Source: an uncultured virus (IMG/VR IMGVR_UViG_3300020048_000045) (taxonomy: Duplodnaviria; Heunggongvirae; Uroviricota; Caudoviricetes). From it: 64,000 bases of DNA. The notes beneath the pieces were generated by a model. The model searched no databases and had not been told where the DNA came from. It was given only the letters and a program-made list of their open reading frames with translations. This document shows positions 31,520 to 40,077 of the stretch, one piece after another. Both the position numbers and the translations under genes were made by a program. The DNA lies in the IMG/VR virus record IMGVR_UViG_3300020048_000045; one strand, 5' to 3'. Every line of letters starts with the position of its first letter. The stretch's first letter is position 1.

Positions 31520-33504
31520 TGGCAACATCTAATGGAGCATTTGGCTATAAAGCCCCAACATCATTTAGCCCAACAAAAAGAAAGATATTCGATAAGAATA
31601 ATAAGCCAATTGTTGGACTACCAACTTCTATCGATCAAACAATCTTTGATGAAGGTGCATTGCCTACATTTCTTTCAGGACAAGCGTGGACAGATTCACA
31701 CTTTAGTGGCTCAATCATGTTTGCCGTGGCAAGTGGCTCAAAATACGCACTATTAGGAGTTCCTGCTACACCAAGTATAATATCGCTACCTGCTACATCA
31801 GCATGGAGAACTTGTGCAAAAAATGGAGCAGTGCTTGGGGTAATTGTTGAAAATTCAGCTACATTAAGAAGAAGTACAGACTCTGGAGTAACATGGTCTA
31901 CTATAACCCTCCCAGCTTCAAGAGATTGGAGATCTCTGATAGCTCCAACAGCAGCAACTTGGGCAGCGATTGCATATAATTCAGCTAAAATGATCATCTC
32001 AACTGATAGTGGAGCAACTTGGACAGAAAAAAATCTTCCTACAACACACAATTGGACAAATATTGTAGGGGATTCAACTGGTACTAATTTTATAGTTTCA
32101 TGCAGTGATTCAAATCAAGGCTATCGTTCTATAGATAGTGGAACTAGCTGGACTAGTATAACATTTGGAACTGGGAATAATTGGAATATCTACATGAATA
32201 ATAATGGTGGTGGACAAGCTTTTGCTGTAAAATATAATTCTAACGTTGGGGCTATGTCTACTGATTATGGAGCATCATGGACTCCCATAACCCTACCCTC
32301 TACAGCAAACTGGATTGGATGTAGTAGATATAGTAATTCTGCTACTATACTATCTGATGATGGTAAGTGGGCTACGAGTGCAGATAATGGATCGACATGG
32401 ACTAGCATTGGTACATTTGCAGCTGGGTCTTTTGTAGCTCCTGCGTATAGGGGAGAATCCTATAGTTCTGCTGCTGTTAGCAGTTTAGGATATCGGGTAG
32501 ACTATCCAGGACTTGGAGCAGTACCTGTAATGTATGGCCCAGGCATTACAGCAAATGGTTCAGGGTTGGCATATGGTAATGGGATATTTATGGCAGCATG
32601 TACTGGCAGAAATAGTCTTCTAATAAGTAGTGATGGAAAGAATTGGAGCAATACTGCAGATCTTCCAGTTATTATTGGCACATCAATGGTTGGCTATGGT
32701 AATGGTGTTTGGGTTGCATTTGATTCTACAGGGATAAATTTTTATTCTTCAGATAACGGAGCAACATGGACCCAAAATACAACATGGAATGCATATGCTT
32801 GGAAGTGCATAGCTTATGGGGGAGGTCAATTTGTTGTGGTTGGATACTATTCTTCTCAAACTTACATGATGACAAGTCCCAATGGTGCAACATGGACCCT
32901 TAGAACTCCTTCTGGACTTTCCTATAATACAAATGCAATAGCTTATAGTAATGGATATTTCTACATATTTTCAAGTAGTTATCCAAATATTTACAAAAGT
33001 CCAGATGGTATATTATGGTCAACTGGCAGTACCAACCCTATGTTTGGATCAGCGTCTCCTTATTCAGTAGTTGTTGGAAAAGGAAATTATATTATTGGAT
33101 TTAGATCTAAAGCAATATCTCCAACAACTGCTGATGCAAGTTTTTTATATAGGATACCTACTGATACTACAGTGCTAAATCAGGGACAAATTAATTTACC
33201 TTTAGATGTATTTTATCAATCAACACAAACGAGTACAGGAAATACTCCCCAATTAGCAAATCCAATTATCTCTGCAATTGGACTTATAACATATAACACA
33301 GCATTAGATTTATATGTATTAATTTTTAACTCGTATGGATATGTATTTCTTTCAAGAGATGGTCTTAATTGGATGAGATTAAATCCTCTATACTATCCAA
33401 CTCCTGTTGCGATTGCATCAGGAGGAAATGTTGTAGTAGCATTGACTGCTACAACATATGCTGTATCTTCAAATAATGCAGAAGAAGTAGTTTACGAAAA
33501 ATAA
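31519..33504 (+). CDS. BNR/Asp-box beta-propeller protein (sialidase-like fold), putative receptor-binding protein
   Basis: Many SxDxGxTW Asp-box repeats (STDSGVTW, STDSGATW, SIDSGTSW, STDYGASW, SADNGSTW, SSDNGATW, SPNGATW) and AYGNG repeats. Confidence 0.8.
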   Translation: MATSNGAFGYKAPTSFSPTKRKIFDKNNKPIVGLPTSIDQTIFDEGALPTFLSGQAWTDSHFSGSIMFAVASGSKYALLGVPATPSIISLPATSAWRTCAKNGAVLGVIVENSATLRRSTDSGVTWSTITLPASRDWRSLIAPTAATWAAIAYNSAKMIISTDSGATWTEKNLPTTHNWTNIVGDSTGTNFIVSCSDSNQGYRSIDSGTSWTSITFGTGNNWNIYMNNNGGGQAFAVKYNSNVGAMSTDYGASWTPITLPSTANWIGCSRYSNSATILSDDGKWATSADNGSTWTSIGTFAAGSFVAPAYRGESYSSAAVSSLGYRVDYPGLGAVPVMYGPGITANGSGLAYGNGIFMAACTGRNSLLISSDGKNWSNTADLPVIIGTSMVGYGNGVWVAFDSTGINFYSSDNGATWTQNTTWNAYAWKCIAYGGGQFVVVGYYSSQTYMMTSPNGATWTLRTPSGLSYNTNAIAYSNGYFYIFSSSYPNIYKSPDGILWSTGSTNPMFGSASPYSVVVGKGNYIIGFRSKAISPTTADASFLYRIPTDTTVLNQGQINLPLDVFYQSTQTSTGNTPQLANPIISAIGLITYNTALDLYVLIFNSYGYVFLSRDGLNWMRLNPLYYPTPVAIASGGNVVVALTATTYAVSSNNAEEVVYEK

Positions 33505-33512
33505 ACATAGAC

Positions 33513-33947
33513 ATGGAATACTATTTTGATATTTATGGATGGCTTTCTAATGAGCCAATTGAGGGAAGATCTACAGAGATTGTTCCTCCTGAGCATGGAG
33601 ATAAGGTAGATGGAAGTGATTATCCCAACTTTACTGGATATGGATGGCTTATGCTTATGTACCCAAATCCTATACAACCTCCATCACCTCCTCTCCCTCC
33701 CCCAGTATTAATCTCAATCCTCACACCTCTGGAATTTCTAAATAGATTCACAGATGAAGAAGCATTGACAATCATTGCTCTTTCAAAAACAGATCCTGCA
33801 GTGGAACTGTGGTGGATAAAATACAACAAGGCACAAGACATAGACCTTGATGACCCACAAACTATTGGGGGAGTAACATCTCTGGAAACAGCTGGAGTTC
33901 TATCTCCAGGAAGAGCAGCAGAAATATTAACAAAATATCCTATTTAA
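33513..33947 (+). CDS. Tail fibre assembly/chaperone-like protein
   Basis: 144 aa with a Pro-rich linker and a C-terminal LEFLNRFT..E...IDLDDP...GRAAEIL domain of the type often seen after phage fibre genes. Confidence 0.5.
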   Translation: MEYYFDIYGWLSNEPIEGRSTEIVPPEHGDKVDGSDYPNFTGYGWLMLMYPNPIQPPSPPLPPPVLISILTPLEFLNRFTDEEALTIIALSKTDPAVELWWIKYNKAQDIDLDDPQTIGGVTSLETAGVLSPGRAAEILTKYPI

Positions 33948-33950
33948 GAT

Positions 33951-34424
33951 ATGTCTAGTTCAGCATTTACAGGTGGAGTCAGCGGTACTTCTGGAACTTC
34001 TGGCTCATCTTCTACATCTGGTAGTTCAGGAACCACAGGCACCAGTGGCACTTCTGCTACTTCAGGATCTTCTGGTACTAGTGGAGGACTTGGTGATGGT
34101 TCTGTAACTTATACAAAACTAGCTAGTGGACTGGTTAGTTCTGTTTCCAGTAATACTGGGGCATATGATTTCTCTACTAGTGGTATTGTAATTGTTGCTC
34201 TTTCAACCAATACATCAATTACTTTTACAAATCTCCAGCTTAATAAGACACTAAAGATGAAACTTACTATATCTGGAGGAGCAACAATTACTTTCCCAGC
34301 ATACTGTATTAAAATGACAGGAAGCCAAACATTGGGAGATGGAACATTCTATCTATACTTTGACTGCTGGAATGCTACAGGAGGATCTGAATTAGTAATT
34401 TATTCTATAATGAAATCTGCATGA
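33951..34424 (+). CDS. Small GTS-repeat tail-associated protein
   Basis: N-terminal [10 protein letters not shown] repeat followed by a beta-rich domain. Confidence 0.6.
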   Translation: MSSSAFTGGVSGTSGTSGSSSTSGSSGTTGTSGTSATSGSSGTSGGLGDGSVTYTKLASGLVSSVSSNTGAYDFSTSGIVIVALSTNTSITFTNLQLNKTLKMKLTISGGATITFPAYCIKMTGSQTLGDGTFYLYFDCWNATGGSELVIYSIMKSA

Positions 34425-35274
34425 TACCTGGAGTAGGTATACCAATGTTCATGGGAGCGTCAGGATTGTATCAATTTACAACCTTCACCTTCACTAACTG
34501 TTCAATAACAGGACAGAACGGTCCTACATTGGCTCAAATGCAATCAGCTTATTCAGCAACGGCTTGGACACAGAATACAGCATTCTTCAATATAGGAGCA
34601 TACCAAGGATATCAGAAGTGGACAGTCCCTAAGACAGGAACTTATCGATTTGATATAGCAGGAGCTTCTGGCGGAAAGAATACATATGCAGATCCTAATG
34701 ACTATAGAGGGTTAGGAGCAAGAGTTCAAGCAGATATTAGTTTGGTGGAAGGGGAATTTATAATTATAGCAGTAGGTCAGTCAGGGATAATACAAACATA
34801 TAGCGGAGGCGGAGGAGGTGCAACATTTATAGTTAGGTTGTCTACCCCAGCTGCCCTTCTAGTAGCAGGTGGAGGGGGTGGTTCCTATCTTAATAGTGAT
34901 TATAGGGTGTCACATTCAAATGCTTCAACAGCAACATCGGGGAAAACCCCATCTGGAAATCAGACTCCAGGAGGTGGCTCAGGAGGAGGAGGATATCTAG
35001 GCTCAGGTGCAAATTCAACTTCATATGGCTCAGGAGGAGGAGGGTTCAATGTGGTTTCGGAGGTGGAGGTGGAGGAGAATGGAACTTCTATGGCTCATCA
35101 GGAGGTGGGGGTGGATATTCAGGGGGATGTAATGGCTCAGGAGGATATGGTGGATATGCAGGTTCTAACGCTAATGGAGGTGGTGGATCATATAACATAG
35201 GAACAGCATCAAACGTAACACTCACAGCTGCTTATAATTCAAGTCACGGATATGCAACAATAACATTACTATAA
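34421..35274 (+). pseudogene. Glycine-rich (ALK/LTK-like GGxGG) tail protein, frameshifted near 35051
   Basis: The frame from 34421 has typical WTVP..G.Y...AGASGG and GGGGATF motifs up to GGGFN. The matching C-terminus (GFGGGG...GGGGGYSGG...GGGGSY...GYATITLL*) continues in the -1 frame at 35053-35274. Confidence 0.7.
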
Positions 35275-35275
35275 A

Positions 35276-35401
35276 ATGGAAATACGCAAACCTACAATAT
35301 CAGATTTTACCAATGCAACGCATTCTCATACAAGCAATGCTACAGGAGGAATAATATCTCCAGGAAGAGCAGTAGAAATTTTAACTAAACAACCAATATA
35401 A
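35276..35401 (+). CDS. 41-aa chimeric remnant ORF
   Basis: Reads MEIRKPTISDFTNATHSHTSNATGGIISPGRAVEILTKQPI. The last 15 aa mirror the end of 33513-33947. Confidence 0.4.
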   Translation: MEIRKPTISDFTNATHSHTSNATGGIISPGRAVEILTKQPI

Positions 35402-35403
35402 TT

Positions 35404-36018
35404 ATGAAAGTAGAATTTGGAAATATCGTAACAGTGCACTCGCACTCATTCCTATCCTTAGGAATACAATTCTTTGAAAATGTTTGGCGTTGGGTAGGGT
35501 TCAAGTGGAAACCTTTCTGGGCTTCTGTTCCTAATCACATTGCCATGGGTGATAAGGACAACAAGATCATAGAAGCCATTAGCCAGGGGGTCTTTTCACA
35601 ACCTTTCGACAGACCTGAATTCCTGGAAGGAACTAAGACTGTGAAGGTATATAGCTATCCCTGGACATCCCAACAGAAGAAAGTTATCTCAAGGGTGTAC
35701 AATAACAGTGAGGGAAAGGAATATCAAAAATTAAACTTCCTTCAGTACATCATTTACATTATGACATTTGGAGTCATATGGCTTGGAAGGAAGAAGGTAG
35801 GCAAGAAGATGTATTGTTCTGAGCTTGGGGCTCAGGTGATGTATGAAGCCACAGAACGCTGGTTGGCACATGGAGTTTCAGACTCTAACGCTCATATTTA
35901 CTTCAGGGACTATTGGAAAATTTCCCCGTATCAGATGAATGTCTGGGTTGAACGGAATTGTACACTGGTTGCCACCTACCATATAAAGGATGGAGTGGTA
36001 AAAGAAGAGCTGCCCTAA
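35404..36018 (+). CDS. Permuted papain-like NlpC/P60 (YiiX/YaeF-like) amidase/peptidase
   Basis: His-first order: NHIAM...IIEAI..GV, then EY..LNFL and MYCSELG, ending in ISP. Confidence 0.7.
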   Translation: MKVEFGNIVTVHSHSFLSLGIQFFENVWRWVGFKWKPFWASVPNHIAMGDKDNKIIEAISQGVFSQPFDRPEFLEGTKTVKVYSYPWTSQQKKVISRVYNNSEGKEYQKLNFLQYIIYIMTFGVIWLGRKKVGKKMYCSELGAQVMYEATERWLAHGVSDSNAHIYFRDYWKISPYQMNVWVERNCTLVATYHIKDGVVKEELP

Positions 36019-36033
36019 AGCAGCTCTTTTTTT
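36001..36033. terminator. Hairpin terminator at the overlap of two convergent genes
   Basis: AAGAGCTGC-CCTAAA-GCAGCTCTT, followed by a T-run on the + strand and CTTTT on the - strand. Confidence 0.65.
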
Positions 36034-39000
36034 ATTTCATCAATTACCATCTCACCAGTGATTGATCTTTGACAGATCCATTGGTCAGGTTGTCCCTTGT
36101 GTACAGGACACCAGTCCCAGGTCTTATCAAACTTGAAGTTAGGATCATTAAAGCAACCATGACAGACGTTCTCATTTGTCAGTCTGATGCAATCAAACTC
36201 ATAATCCCTCATTGTAAAGTTCGCAATCATTACCACCTTCTTATCCATGGCCCAGGCCAGCCAACTCAGTCCTGATGATAGTCCAATGTAAAACTCTGCA
36301 TGTGAAAGCACATTCATCGTGTTATTCATGGAATCGTTCAGGATCTGTGTACAGTGCTGGAAATCATTCCTTTCCTTGGATATGTTAATGACCTGATAGC
36401 CCTGTTCTACAAGGAAGTCAATAATCTTTTGCCAGTCTTCCTTCTGCCAGAACTTGCATCCTGCTGTTGAATTAGTGGCTATAGCTACATACTTATTCTT
36501 GTATGTACGCTTCATAGGTTTGTAAGAGACCTTTGGCTGAAGCTCTTCATACTCTAATCCCAGGATGTTAGCTGCTACCTTCTGAAGAGGAATGTTGACA
36601 GTGTTCTGTGGCTCATTCTTAATATTAAAATCATTGTGTGATCCAATGAAGTACTGGGCATGGATATTGTTCACTATAGCACCTGGTTCAACAAACTCAA
36701 TCTCTGGATATGCATCTTTGAAGATCTTGTTATGAAAGGTGCATACAATCAACTCACAGTTGTGCTTTTCTTTGAATTCCTGACAATAAGGAATCCATGC
36801 AATATTGTCTCCCAATGATTGGCTGTCAAATACTATGAAGACTCTATTCCCTGTAAAGTCTAAGGTCTCATCGTATTTAACCTGACCATCCAGGGATACA
36901 ACAGTTCTCCATCGTGTGAACCATTTCCTATCAAGCTTGATCCATGTTCCTACTATACCCTTTTGAGAATGACCAACTCTACCTTTCTCATCATAGAAAG
37001 TAATATCATATTCTACTCCAGGGATCCCATTAATCAGTTGAAAGAATGGCTGTCCCACATAGTAACGTGTTACCTCCACTGGTATTTCTACAAGAGGTCT
37101 TGCAACAATCTTTTCAGACGTAACTTTTAAGGTGCATACCTCTTGATACAATTCCTTATGAGCAAGTGCAAAGTCTTCACTCTCATTATCTGTAGGAACT
37201 TCATAGTTACGTTCCCACAGATTCTCATCATAAAGATCATAATCTATTGGATGAATGTATTCATCAAACATTCCACAGTATTGAGGAAGGTTACGGGCAA
37301 TGATTGGCAGGCCATAGCTAATAGCTTCCCTCAAAGCAAGAGGGTTGCATTCCCATGTGCTATTGAACATGAACAAGTCTGCAGCAGTGTAGAATACATG
37401 AACGTCACTACGCTCTCCCCAAATCTTCACATTCTCAGGAAGGTCTTGTAACAGAGGTTGCCAGTAGTTTTGAAAGTTTCCTGCCTGATTTCCTACAAAG
37501 TGGAACATGATGTTAGGATACTTCCTTGCTATCTGAATTCCTTCTGCCTGATTCTTTCCAGGAGTCCACAGTCCTACATTAAGAACGTGGCTAACATTTG
37601 GATCTAGTCCTAATATGTGCTGGGCTTTGATCTTCTTGGCCAGACTTGGCTTCTTGTCATCAATAGGGAAAGGGATAACCTTCTTCAGGCTATTCATGTT
37701 CTTGAATGTCTCTAAATGATATGGAGTACAGAATGCATAGGCATCAGGATGGTAGATCTTCTGTGTATCTGGATTGAAAGAGATGTTATGATTTGTCTCA
37801 ATCATTCTCCAGGTCCTGTTGGGAGCATAGAGAGCATCCAGTAACTCTTTGGGGATCCTGTTGAAGTCATCAAAGCCTTCCACCATTTCATCAACGTGCA
37901 CCACATCGATTTGGTTATCCTTAATGATTTTCATTAACTCCATCTTGTCATCTCCCAGAGTCCAGAAGTTCTTAACAAGTTTCATTATCTTGTTCTTCTG
38001 CACTACAAAGTCAGGGCTGTAGTTTTTAAATTCCACAACATAGATGTCGATGTCTGCATATGACATGAGAGCTTCTATTCTCTTCAGAAGGAATGCAGGC
38101 ATACCTCCTGTTGATAAATGGGGAGCAACAAACAACACTCTCATGTTTACATAATCTCCATCAATCTGATCAAGTATGTCAGGTTGTTTTACTTTAAGCA
38201 TATCATTTACATGTTGAAAACTTGTTATCTCATCCTTCATAGCAATCATGTTTTCGTATTTCTTCTCTCCATGTAGGAACAGAAGATGTTCTTCTTTTAC
38301 AGGGAACTTTACCCATTCTTTCACCTCTTTTCCCCACTGGCAATCATCCAGAACAGAAAGATTGTCATGTCTGATATTCATGTACACAAGGGGAAGTCCT
38401 TCTCCATACATTGTTCTTTCCATGAGAAGAACATTAAGAATGGTCTCTTCATGAAATGGAGCATAGTATTGAGGATTCTTCAACACCTCAGGATGATGAC
38501 ACATCCAATCCCACTCATTAAGAAAAGGAATACAGTTTTGATTGGCTACAAAATAACCACTCTGTCTGTAGGTTCTATTGTTCTCTTCAACACGAAACAG
38601 TTTGCATGCAGGAGTCTCAAGTGTCTTCCCTATAGAATTTCCTCCTCTGCCATTAGAGAACAGATAATCATATATTCCTCTAGTAAAGTAAGGAACGTTC
38701 TTCATATCCTTGGCAAGATCAAATATCCTATCCACATTGGGCGTAGCTACAGAATCAGCATCCACATAGGCCACAGTCTTTGCAAAATGCTCAAGAGCAT
38801 GCTTGACCACTCTTGGACGCTGTATCATCATTTCATAGAGCCTACTATCGTTCCTATTAATGAACTCTTGTTGCTTAAGATTAGTAACATTACATTCCCA
38901 TTCAATAACTTTTGCACCCTCAATATCTGCATAGTAGTCCATCATATACACTATGATAGGAATATTGCTCACTGCCCTGATGGAATCAACAGCTCCCTGT

Positions 39001-39557
39001 ACAGTATTTAGATAGCTCTGTGTGGCATATAGAACATAAGCTTTCTCTGTCCTGTAATCTTTGGATGTATAATATCCATAGTGCTCGTTCTCATACAAGC
39101 ACACCAGATCAGGATAACGTACAGTCATTACATCACGAGTGAGATCAGGCTGGTAATGAGTCTCGTGTACATTACCATTGTGCTCCCCCTGTGGCATCAT
39201 ATAGGGAACTGCTACAAGACATCGTCTACGACCATCGTTAATTTTTGCAATGAGATATTGTGCATCCTCTACAGGCAAATGCTCAAGTACATCACCAAGA
39301 ATGATAAAATCATAGTCAGAAATATCAAACTTTCTGATATCTCCTACGTAAACATTATCATACTTGTCTCGAAGATTGTACTGTCCTATGTAGGGCTCAT
39401 AGATTTCGACAGCATCGATTCTATAGCCTATCGAACGCAGTAGATTTGAATAGGTTCCTTCACCAGGACCTACATCTAAGATCCTCTTTGAGAGAGGAAT
39501 GTTCTCCAGAAACCACTGTTCGATTTCTGGTTTAAACACTGAATAACTAGTTGGCAT
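36015..39557 (-). CDS. Four-domain glycosylation enzyme: SAM methyltransferase + GT-A + GT4-like GT-B + Aah/TibC-like protein O-heptosyltransferase domain
   Basis: ILDVGPGEG...GDVLEHL (MTase); YVDADSV...FHEETILN (GT-A); VLFVAPHLSTGG...NSTWECNPLALREAISYGLP (GT4); SLGDNIAW...FYIGLSSGLSWLAWA...CHGCFND..WCP...C (TibC-like). Confidence 0.85.
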   Translation of the reverse strand: MPTSYSVFKPEIEQWFLENIPLSKRILDVGPGEGTYSNLLRSIGYRIDAVEIYEPYIGQYNLRDKYDNVYVGDIRKFDISDYDFIILGDVLEHLPVEDAQYLIAKINDGRRRCLVAVPYMMPQGEHNGNVHETHYQPDLTRDVMTVRYPDLVCLYENEHYGYYTSKDYRTEKAYVLYATQSYLNTVQGAVDSIRAVSNIPIIVYMMDYYADIEGAKVIEWECNVTNLKQQEFINRNDSRLYEMMIQRPRVVKHALEHFAKTVAYVDADSVATPNVDRIFDLAKDMKNVPYFTRGIYDYLFSNGRGGNSIGKTLETPACKLFRVEENNRTYRQSGYFVANQNCIPFLNEWDWMCHHPEVLKNPQYYAPFHEETILNVLLMERTMYGEGLPLVYMNIRHDNLSVLDDCQWGKEVKEWVKFPVKEEHLLFLHGEKKYENMIAMKDEITSFQHVNDMLKVKQPDILDQIDGDYVNMRVLFVAPHLSTGGMPAFLLKRIEALMSYADIDIYVVEFKNYSPDFVVQKNKIMKLVKNFWTLGDDKMELMKIIKDNQIDVVHVDEMVEGFDDFNRIPKELLDALYAPNRTWRMIETNHNISFNPDTQKIYHPDAYAFCTPYHLETFKNMNSLKKVIPFPIDDKKPSLAKKIKAQHILGLDPNVSHVLNVGLWTPGKNQAEGIQIARKYPNIMFHFVGNQAGNFQNYWQPLLQDLPENVKIWGERSDVHVFYTAADLFMFNSTWECNPLALREAISYGLPIIARNLPQYCGMFDEYIHPIDYDLYDENLWERNYEVPTDNESEDFALAHKELYQEVCTLKVTSEKIVARPLVEIPVEVTRYYVGQPFFQLINGIPGVEYDITFYDEKGRVGHSQKGIVGTWIKLDRKWFTRWRTVVSLDGQVKYDETLDFTGNRVFIVFDSQSLGDNIAWIPYCQEFKEKHNCELIVCTFHNKIFKDAYPEIEFVEPGAIVNNIHAQYFIGSHNDFNIKNEPQNTVNIPLQKVAANILGLEYEELQPKVSYKPMKRTYKNKYVAIATNSTAGCKFWQKEDWQKIIDFLVEQGYQVINISKERNDFQHCTQILNDSMNNTMNVLSHAEFYIGLSSGLSWLAWAMDKKVVMIANFTMRDYEFDCIRLTNENVCHGCFNDPNFKFDKTWDWCPVHKGQPDQWICQRSITGEMVIDEIKKELL

Positions 39558-39579
39558 AAAATGTTGGTTTTTAATGATT

Positions 39580-39610
39580 CAAAGTTAAAAAATTGTTTGG
39601 TAGAATCAAA
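39580..39610 (-). promoter_or_regulatory. Bacteroidota-type promoter for the multidomain glycosyltransferase
   Basis: On the - strand: TTTG (39610-39607), 19 nt, TAACTTTG (39587-39580). Confidence 0.7.
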
Positions 39611-39627
39611 ATTAATACATAGTTTTG
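39597..39627 (+). promoter_or_regulatory. Bacteroidota-type promoter, divergent from and overlapping the previous one
   Basis: TTGG (39597-39600), 19 nt, TAGTTTTG (39620-39627). Confidence 0.7.
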
Positions 39628-39690
39628 TTATCATGACATAAGATCTAGTAATAACGTAAAGTTATGCTTACATGATGAATAACTCTATAC

Positions 39691-39730
39691 ACGCATTGTC
39701 CTGTTTATCAGGATAGTGCGTTTTTATTTT
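39691..39730 (+). terminator. Intrinsic terminator upstream of the lysis cassette
   Basis: 13-bp stem ACGCATTGTCCTG/CAGGATAGTGCGT with two G-U pairs, TTTAT loop, then TTTTATTTT. Confidence 0.75.
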
Positions 39731-39753
39731 AACTCCTTTTGTTAGAAAGACCC

Positions 39754-40077
39754 ATGGCAGAAAACTTATTTGAACACTCAGTAGGAGAAAAACTGAAGAG
39801 CATGGAGAACCGACTCACTGAGCTGGAGGCAAAGATGACATCTATTGACACAAAATTAACACAAGTTGTAGATGCAATCTTAGGCAACCCTCTAACAAAA
39901 AATGGTGGCTTTATTGATGATATTGATGCATTAAAAGACAAAATCGAAGCTCTTGAAAAACAAAATGCAAAGCATGAAGAATTCAAGAAGAAGATTATAT
40001 GGACTGTAGGAATAATTGCTGTTTTAGGTGCTATTGCTCAGTTCTTTGTAAACATGTATATGAGTGTCACAAAATGA
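39754..40077 (+). CDS. Coiled-coil protein with C-terminal transmembrane helix (holin/antiholin-like)
   Basis: Likely ATG at 39754. Heptad-rich body and a hydrophobic IIWTVGIIAVLGAIAQFF tail. First gene of the lysis cluster. Confidence 0.55.
   Translation: MAENLFEHSVGEKLKSMENRLTELEAKMTSIDTKLTQVVDAILGNPLTKNGGFIDDIDALKDKIEALEKQNAKHEEFKKKIIWTVGIIAVLGAIAQFFVNMYMSVTK

Noticed and set aside
35051..35200. Annotated acidic C-terminus VVSEVEVEENG... of ORF 34421-35200
   Set aside because: It is out-of-frame translation of Gly codons. The homologous Gly-rich end lies in the -1 frame.
38286..39443. + strand ORFs of 241 and 120 aa opposite the glycosyltransferase
   Set aside because: They are antisense to a well-supported multidomain gene and have no recognisable motifs. 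The same applies to the many short antisense ORFs inside the giant genes.
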